Positions 57,948 to 64,000 of a stretch of DNA of 64,000 bases are shown in pieces. Positions within the stretch are counted from its first letter, which is position 1, and the number at the start of each line of letters is the position of its first letter. Where the stretch lies: positions 8,755 through 72,754 of the forward strand of contig JAKQNG010000204.1 of NCBI GenBank assembly GCA_029565915.1, given 5' to 3'. Below the pieces are notes generated by a model, which had not been told where the DNA came from, did no database searches, and was given only the letters and a program-made list of their open reading frames with translations. The position numbers and the translations under genes are program-made. Source of the stretch: Deltaproteobacteria bacterium (lineage in GTDB: Bacteria; Myxococcota_A; Polyangia; JAAYKL01).

Positions 57948-59443
57948 ACCGCGATGACAACCGCATGACCGCCATGGGCATGAACGTGCTCATTTCCGTG
58001 CTGGGGGCCGCGGCGCTTCTGGTCATGACCAACTACCTGAGCGGCCGCCACTACGTCCGCGCGGACTGGACCGCGTCGCGCATGTACACCCTGTCGGACA
58101 AATCCCGCCAGGTGGTCACGGGTCTGAAAAAGGACGTGACCCTTCACGTGCTGTGGTCAAAGGCGGATCCCCTGTTCGGACAACTGGAAGAATTGCTGAA
58201 GGGCTACGAGGCCCTGTCGGCGCGCCTGCACGTGGCCTACTGCGACCCCGACGAGGATCCGGAGCAGTTTTCCCTGATTGCCAGCCGCTACGGCAAGGCG
58301 AAGGTGAACGAGCTGGGCCAGGAGGGATTCGAGGCAGGCGTCTTTGCGGTGAGCGGCGACAACGTGCGCTTTCTGCCGGCAGACGGGTTTCAGCAATTCG
58401 GCGACGACGAGGGACTCACCGACGAAACGCCGGAGCTGTCCTTTGTGGCCGAGAGCGAAATCACGTCGGCCCTCATCAATGTGACGGCCGCCCGGCAGCA
58501 GACCATCTGCTTTACCCAGGGCCACGGGGAATGGGCCTTCGACGGGGGCGATCGGGATTCCCTGCGCCACATCCGCAAGGAGCTGTCCCTCTCCGGATTT
58601 GAATCCACGGCGGTGAACCTCCTGCAGGACGGCACCGCCTTCGACCGCTGTGACGCGGTGGTGGTGGCCGGCCCGAAGAAGGCGTTTTCCGAAAAAGAAA
58701 CCGCGACCCTGTCGACGGCCCTGCGCAATGGCGGACGACTGCTCCTGCTGCTCGATCCCGTGTTCGAAGATCGGCGTTTTCTGCCCACGGGACTCGAATC
58801 CCTCACAGCGGAACAGGGCATTTCCCTGCGCAGCGATTTCGTTCTGGAGACGGATCCGCGTCGGTTGCCCACGGAGACGCCGGTGACGTTCATCGCGGAT
58901 CGGTTTTACAACCACGGCGCGGTGAAGCCCCTGGCAAAGGACGGTCCGGGCCCGCTGCCGGTGGTGTTCTCCGCCGTACGCTCCCTGTTTCCCGTAGAAA
59001 AATCGGAAGTGGTGGCCGATGAGCTGGTCGCCACGTCCGACATGTCTTTTGGCGAAACAGACCTCGCCACACTGCTGGAGGGCGGCGCGGTTCCCGAACA
59101 GGATGCCCTGGACGCGGACGGACCTCTGACCATTGCCATGGCCGCCGTGCGCGGGAGCTCCGACGGTGGTGAGGCCAGTCGGCTGGTCGTCGTGGGCGAC
59201 AGCGATTTTCTGAGCGAGGAGCTGTTTGCCAATGCGGGCCTGTACAACCAGGATTTCTTTTCGTCCATCGTGGGGTGGCTGACCCAGCGACGGGACATGG
59301 TGTCCATCGCACCGCGCAATCCCGAACAGATCCGGCTGGCGCTGACGGACAGCGACTTCGGCGACCTGCTGGTCACCCTGCTGATGGAAGTACTCCTCAT
59401 TCTGATGGCCGGCGGGCTGGTCATCTACCGCAGGAGAAAGTGA
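57944..59443 (+). CDS. GldG-like ABC-transporter-associated protein.
   Basis: N-terminal TM helix, large extracytoplasmic domain, C-terminal TM helix (LLVTLLMEVLLILMAGGLVIY). RBS GGAGGTGG. 4-nt overlap with the upstream permease gene. Confidence 0.65.
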   Translation: MNRDDNRMTAMGMNVLISVLGAAALLVMTNYLSGRHYVRADWTASRMYTLSDKSRQVVTGLKKDVTLHVLWSKADPLFGQLEELLKGYEALSARLHVAYCDPDEDPEQFSLIASRYGKAKVNELGQEGFEAGVFAVSGDNVRFLPADGFQQFGDDEGLTDETPELSFVAESEITSALINVTAARQQTICFTQGHGEWAFDGGDRDSLRHIRKELSLSGFESTAVNLLQDGTAFDRCDAVVVAGPKKAFSEKETATLSTALRNGGRLLLLLDPVFEDRRFLPTGLESLTAEQGISLRSDFVLETDPRRLPTETPVTFIADRFYNHGAVKPLAKDGPGPLPVVFSAVRSLFPVEKSEVVADELVATSDMSFGETDLATLLEGGAVPEQDALDADGPLTIAMAAVRGSSDGGEASRLVVVGDSDFLSEELFANAGLYNQDFFSSIVGWLTQRRDMVSIAPRNPEQIRLALTDSDFGDLLVTLLMEVLLILMAGGLVIYRRRK

Positions 59444-59444
59444 C

Positions 59445-61538
59445 ATGAAGACGAGAACCGCTGCGGTCATCCTCGGTCTGTGCGCGGTCCTTGCCGCGTT
59501 CATCTGGTTCGTGGAGCGCGACGCCATGACCACGGCTGAGCGCAACGCCCGCTCAGACAGCGCCTTTGCCTCCCTGCGGGTGGATTTTGTCGAGGAGGTG
59601 TCCCTTTCCGGGCAGAAGGGAAAGGTGCTTCTGAAGAAAGACAGAACGGGTCGCTGGCGGATTGCGTCGCCCGTGGCGCTGGACGCGGACGATGTGGAGG
59701 TGAAGGCCCTGCTGTCGTCGCTGGATTTTCTGCTGGTGGAGCGCAGGGTGGAAAGGGCCGCGGCAAAGACCGTCGGCTGCGATCAACCCCGCCTGTCCGG
59801 GACAGCCCTGTCCGGTGGAAAGACCGTGCGGTTCCGCATTGGAAAACAGGCGCCCGACGGACTCATTTATCTGTGTGTGGACAAAAACGTGTTTGCCGTG
59901 AGCGGCGATTTTCTGGAGGCCGTGGACCGGGGCGTGAACGACCTGCGGCGGCGGCGCCTGCTGGATATGGACAAGGATGACGTGGAAGCGATTTCGCTCC
60001 GCGTGGATGGCGTTGATACCGTTCTGACCCAAAACCCCCGGACGGGATGGACCGTGAACGCGGGTCCGGACGGCGCGCCTCTGGCCGCGGACAGCGCGGG
60101 TGTGGCCCGGCTCCTCGCTGCCGTGACACAGGTGGAAGCATCCCGTTTTGTGGCGGACGGCGCAACCGATCTGTCGAAGTGGGGACTGGACGAAGACGCC
60201 GCCCGGGTGACGCTGCGCCGGAAGGGACAAACACCCGTGGAACTGCGCGCGGGAACCGACTGCGGCGACGGGCTCGTGCACGCCACGGTGGTGGGCAGCG
60301 GTACGGTCGTGTGCGCAGGCGGCAATTTCAAAGAGACGATTCGCTGGCAGGCCCGGCGCTTCATCGATCGCCGACCGGCCCGGTTCCGCCCGGAAGAAGT
60401 GACGGCCATCCGCATTTCCCGCGGATCCCGGGATCTGGCGCTGACATCGGACGACAACGGATTGTGGCACGCCGGCGAACTGACCCCGGAAGAGACCGAT
60501 CAGGGACAGGTGTCGGCCCTGCTGGAATCCTTCTGCGCGGCGACCGCCGTGCCGGTTGATGGCGAAGCGAAGGCGTGTCCGGCCGCGGCTGTCCTGTCGT
60601 TCCGCCTCGCGGACGGTGGAGAGCGGCAGATCACCTTCTGTGAAGACGGGGACGGTCTGCTCGCCCGGCGCGACGACGAACCCCTGCGGCTGCGGGCGGA
60701 TCGCACTCTGCTCGACGGCTTCGTGCCCTTTGCAACCGTGTACAGGGTGAAGCTGCTGCGACGGGACGGCGACGTGGAACAGCTCGACATCGGCGGTGTC
60801 CTCTCCCAGTCCCTCGTGCAAAATGACGGTCACTGGGCCATCCGCGCCCCGGTGGCGGCTCCCGCTTCACCGCCGGACGTGGAAAAAGTCGTCGAGCTGG
60901 TTACCGCCACAAAGGTGGAGCGATTCGTTCCCCCTTCCGAGGCGGCCTCCTTCAATCCGCTCTTCGCCACCGTGACCGCCACCCTCGCCCGGACCCGCAC
61001 GGCGGCCGACGGTTCGGCGGACCGGACCGAAACTGTCCGCATCGAGCTGCAGATCGGTGCACCCGTGGATGGCGAAAACCGCTATGCGCGGGTGAAAGGG
61101 GAGGACGAGGTGTTCACCGTAGGGCCCGCGTACTGGCAGCGCTTGATGGCACCTCTCGCGGATCCCGCGTCCCTGCAGATCGCCGCGGAGGGGATGGACC
61201 GACTGGAGCTGCGGCGGGGCGGACGCACCGTGAAGGCCGATCTGCGGGACGGGGTGTGGGAGAGCGGCGACTGCGCCCTGGACAGCGAAGCGGTCAAACG
61301 GCTGCTCATCGACCTGTCCACCATCCGGGCGATATCGGTCCGCTCCTTCGGGGATACGGTCGGACCCCGGGTCGCCATCCTTTTTCTGTACAGCAAACGC
61401 ACTGACGCACCGGCGGTACTGGAATTCGGAGACGCCGTCCCGGACGTGGATGGAAGAGCGGCCCGCCGCGGCGATCTCGACATGACGTTTGTTGTGCCCG
61501 ACAGGCCCGCAGAGGAGCTCCTGCAGCTCTGCAGATAG
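59445..61538 (+). CDS. DUF4340-like protein that usually follows gldG-type genes.
   Basis: N-terminal signal/TM segment. 697 aa of repetitive beta-rich domains. Starts 2 nt after the upstream gene. Confidence 0.5.
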   Translation: MKTRTAAVILGLCAVLAAFIWFVERDAMTTAERNARSDSAFASLRVDFVEEVSLSGQKGKVLLKKDRTGRWRIASPVALDADDVEVKALLSSLDFLLVERRVERAAAKTVGCDQPRLSGTALSGGKTVRFRIGKQAPDGLIYLCVDKNVFAVSGDFLEAVDRGVNDLRRRRLLDMDKDDVEAISLRVDGVDTVLTQNPRTGWTVNAGPDGAPLAADSAGVARLLAAVTQVEASRFVADGATDLSKWGLDEDAARVTLRRKGQTPVELRAGTDCGDGLVHATVVGSGTVVCAGGNFKETIRWQARRFIDRRPARFRPEEVTAIRISRGSRDLALTSDDNGLWHAGELTPEETDQGQVSALLESFCAATAVPVDGEAKACPAAAVLSFRLADGGERQITFCEDGDGLLARRDDEPLRLRADRTLLDGFVPFATVYRVKLLRRDGDVEQLDIGGVLSQSLVQNDGHWAIRAPVAAPASPPDVEKVVELVTATKVERFVPPSEAASFNPLFATVTATLARTRTAADGSADRTETVRIELQIGAPVDGENRYARVKGEDEVFTVGPAYWQRLMAPLADPASLQIAAEGMDRLELRRGGRTVKADLRDGVWESGDCALDSEAVKRLLIDLSTIRAISVRSFGDTVGPRVAILFLYSKRTDAPAVLEFGDAVPDVDGRAARRGDLDMTFVVPDRPAEELLQLCR

Positions 61539-61546
61539 GAATTCAT

Positions 61547-62530
61547 ATGACACAGAAGAACATTGCAGTCGGAATCGATATCGGCGGCACGAACACCACC
61601 TGGGGATTTGTCGACGAAGGGGGCGGCATTCTGGTGGGCGGCAGCTTTCCCACCTTTGCGGACGAACCCCCGGAAAAGCTGGCAGCGCGCATTGCGGCGG
61701 CGGTCAAGGCGGACTGGCTGTCCATTGAGCAGGACGACATGGCCCTTCTGGGCATCGGCATGGGCGCCCCGAACGCGAACTACCACCGGGGTACCATTGA
61801 ATATCCGCCGAACTTCGACTGGGAGGTGGTGGAGTTCGTGAAGCTGATCCGCCAGCATATCGATTTGCCGGTGGTCATGACCAACGACGCAAACGCCGCA
61901 GCCATCGGCGAGATGACCTTCGGTGACGCGGTGGGGGTGGACGATTTCATCGTCATCACCCTGGGCACCGGACTGGGCAGCGGCATTGTGAGCGGCGGTC
62001 GTCTGGTGCTGGGCCACGATGGATTTGCCGGCGAAATGGGGCATATCACCGCGCAGCGGGACAGCGATCGCCTCTGCGGTTGCGGCCGCACGGGCTGCCT
62101 CGAAACCTTTGCCTCGGCAACGGGAATTGTCACCACTGCACGGGAGCTGTTGTCCCTCCGGAGTGATGATTCGACCCTGCGGCTCGCGGCAGGGGACGGA
62201 CTCACCGCCGCGGACGTGGGAAAGGCGGCCGCCCGGGGCGATGCGCTGGCCCTCGAAGCCTTCGAGATCACCGGGCGCATGCTCGGTCGCTCCCTGGCCG
62301 ACGCGGTGGCCATTCTGTCGCCGCAGGTCGTGTTCCTGTTCGGTGGACTCGCCAATGCGGGGGAGCTGATTACGGCACCGGTCAAACGCCACATGGAAGA
62401 CAACCTGCTGCCCATCTTCCGCAACAAGGTGGATGTCCGCATCTCGGGACTGCAGCAGAAGAACGCGGCCATTCTGGGGGCCGCAGCACTGATCACCAGG
62501 GAACGGATCAGGAATCCGGCAGATGTGTAA
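61547..62530 (+). CDS. ROK-family glucokinase.
   Basis: GIDIGGTNT at the N-terminus. CGCGRTGCLE zinc motif. Confidence 0.85.
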   Translation: MTQKNIAVGIDIGGTNTTWGFVDEGGGILVGGSFPTFADEPPEKLAARIAAAVKADWLSIEQDDMALLGIGMGAPNANYHRGTIEYPPNFDWEVVEFVKLIRQHIDLPVVMTNDANAAAIGEMTFGDAVGVDDFIVITLGTGLGSGIVSGGRLVLGHDGFAGEMGHITAQRDSDRLCGCGRTGCLETFASATGIVTTARELLSLRSDDSTLRLAAGDGLTAADVGKAAARGDALALEAFEITGRMLGRSLADAVAILSPQVVFLFGGLANAGELITAPVKRHMEDNLLPIFRNKVDVRISGLQQKNAAILGAAALITRERIRNPADV

Positions 62531-62709
62531 TTCTTTATAAATTCCGGAATATTCGCCTCCGGGATCTCCATCGGGATCGGGCCTTCTCGACTTTTTCCCG
62601 ATTTTTTCGTGAAACGCACCTCCCATCATCATCTAAAACAAAGCTCGTAAAAGTTTTCATAAAAAAGGGCCATGAACCCGTTTTCCCCGTATTTCCAAAG
62701 GAGCCTGTC

Positions 62710-64000
62710 ATGAACATGAAGTTTCGCTGGATGTCTGTCGCGGCGCTCATCGCCGTATCCATCAACTGGGGATGCAGCAGCGGTGGTGACAGTGGCGGGC
62801 CGGGAGATGTGGATTCGGACACCGACTCCGATTCGGACAGCGACTCGGATTCGGACACCGACTCGGATTCGGACACTGACTCGGATTCGGACAGCGACTC
62901 GGATTCGGACAGCGACTCCGACAGCGACGGCGACACGGATTTCCAGCTGTTTGATTCCTATCTCTGGGTGGCGAACACCCTGGAAGGCACCGTGTCCAAG
63001 GTGGACACCAAGCTGGCGGTGGAAGTGGCCCGGTACCGGACCTGTCCCCAGGCGGCGGAAAACACCTACTGCGATCCGTCCCGCACTTCGGTGAACCTCC
63101 ACGGCGACATGGTGGTGACCAACCGATATCCCAGTCCCAACACAACGAACCCGGATATTCCCCACCCCTCTTCGGTGACAAAAATCATCTCGGCCCTGGG
63201 CGAGTGCGAGGACCGCAATGACAACGGCCGCATCGATACGTCCGAAGGACCCGATGATGTTCTGGGCTGGCCCGCGGACGGCCCGCCGGAGGATGAATGC
63301 ATCGCGTGGCACACCCCCCTTCCGGAGCGATCCGGTTCCCGGGCCACGGCCTGGGACGGCAGCGAGGACCCGGAATCCGGCGAAGGCGGCAACGTGATCA
63401 TCGGCACCTGCATCACGGCCGAGGGAGACGCGCTGCCCTCCGACAGCTTGGACACCAATCTGGTGTACATCATCAACGGCGACACGGGTGCCATCGAAGA
63501 GACGGTCACCCTTGCACCCGACCAGGAGTGCTTCTACGGCGGCGCCATGGACTACAAGGGCTGGATCTGGCTCATGGAGGGATTCGGCTATCCCCGGTTC
63601 CTCAAGGGAATCAACACGATCAACACAGCGGATACCTCCTACAGCCGGCCCCTCACCTGCGGGTACGGCATCACCGTGGATCCGAACGGCCGGGTGTGGA
63701 CCGGCGGCAAGGGCAACAGCGAGCCCTGTGAATGGGGCACCCACAGCTGCATTCAGCGGATTGATCCGGAGTCGGGCGAAAGTGTCATTTCCGAACCGAT
63801 TCTCAATTCATGGTTGCGGGGCATCGCAGTGGGCAGCGGCCTGAGTGAGAACTACGTGTGGGCCACGGAAACCTCCGGCAACCTCTACAAGATCAACATG
63901 GCCACCGTGGAAGTCGAAGACGTGGTCCGCATCCGGGGTGAGGAGGGCGTCGTGGATGCCAACGGCATGATCGGCGTGGCCATCGACCTCGAAGGGTACA
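62710..64000 (+). CDS. Lipoprotein with a (D-S/T)n acidic linker and a probable beta-propeller domain; runs off the window end.
   Basis: Signal peptide plus Cys (AVSINWGCSS). Linker DVDSDTDSDSDSDSDSDTDSDSDT... Propeller-like repeats (LWVANTLEGTVSKVDT, NLYKINMATVEV). Absent from the ORF track because there is no stop codon in the window; I translated it directly. Confidence 0.6.
   Translation, partial: MNMKFRWMSVAALIAVSINWGCSSGGDSGGPGDVDSDTDSDSDSDSDSDTDSDSDTDSDSDSDSDSDSDSDSDGDTDFQLFDSYLWVANTLEGTVSKVDTKLAVEVARYRTCPQAAENTYCDPSRTSVNLHGDMVVTNRYPSPNTTNPDIPHPSSVTKIISALGECEDRNDNGRIDTSEGPDDVLGWPADGPPEDECIAWHTPLPERSGSRATAWDGSEDPESGEGGNVIIGTCITAEGDALPSDSLDTNLVYIINGDTGAIEETVTLAPDQECFYGGAMDYKGWIWLMEGFGYPRFLKGINTINTADTSYSRPLTCGYGITVDPNGRVWTGGKGNSEPCEWGTHSCIQRIDPESGESVISEPILNSWLRGIAVGSGLSENYVWATETSGNLYKINMATVEVEDVVRIRGEEGVVDANGMIGVAIDLEGY
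62808..62940 (+). repeat. Tandem 12-nt repeats (gactcggattcggacagc/acc) encoding the DSDSDT linker.
   Basis: At least ten near-identical units between 62808 and 62940. Confidence 0.75.

Noticed and set aside
1-64000. CRISPR arrays, prophage, integrase, toxin-antitoxin or restriction-modification signatures.
   Set aside because: No spacer/repeat arrays, recombinases, capsid/terminase-like or nuclease/methylase motifs were recognisable. The only mobile-element trace is the IS91 relic.

Overview
High-GC (about 65-70%) bacterial chromosomal segment, densely coding on both strands: about 57 protein genes and one tRNA. The gene content is typical of Myxococcota/deltaproteobacteria-like organisms: an FHA-GAF sigma-54 activator, an AgmX/PglI-type TonB-C-like domain protein, FHA-GGDEF and PilZ proteins, a GldA/F/G-like ABC system, and many lipoproteins with acidic (D-S/T)n linkers. 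This taxonomic placement is an inference.

Layout, start to end:
- the 3' portion of a highly reducing type I PKS (KS-AT-DH-cMT-ER-KR-ACP-TE) that runs off the left edge;
- a vWA lipoprotein and a tRNA-Met(CAT);
- housekeeping genes: proS, aminotransferases, glmU, argF, rpsU, tatA, ribF, trmL;
- a sigma-54 activator translationally coupled to two lipoprotein genes;
- a c-di-GMP locus: FHA-GGDEF divergent from a PilZ - unknown - FliH-like - site-2-protease unit;
- an Mla-like MCE operon whose ABC ATPase has lost all catalytic motifs, ending in a PilZ gene;
- the oadGAB Na+-decarboxylase operon behind a 764-nt structured, AT-rich leader;
- a P-type ATPase;
- a low-GC islet with an IS91-transposase relic and a Cys-rich lipoprotein;
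- a gldAFG-like ABC/DUF4340 cluster, a ROK glucokinase, and a beta-propeller lipoprotein that runs off the right edge.

The long antisense ORFs in the six-frame track over the PKS, the kinases and other genes are GC-bias artefacts. All coordinates come from reading the sequence by eye. Start codons are proposed from RBS spacing and overlaps, and are uncertain where noted.
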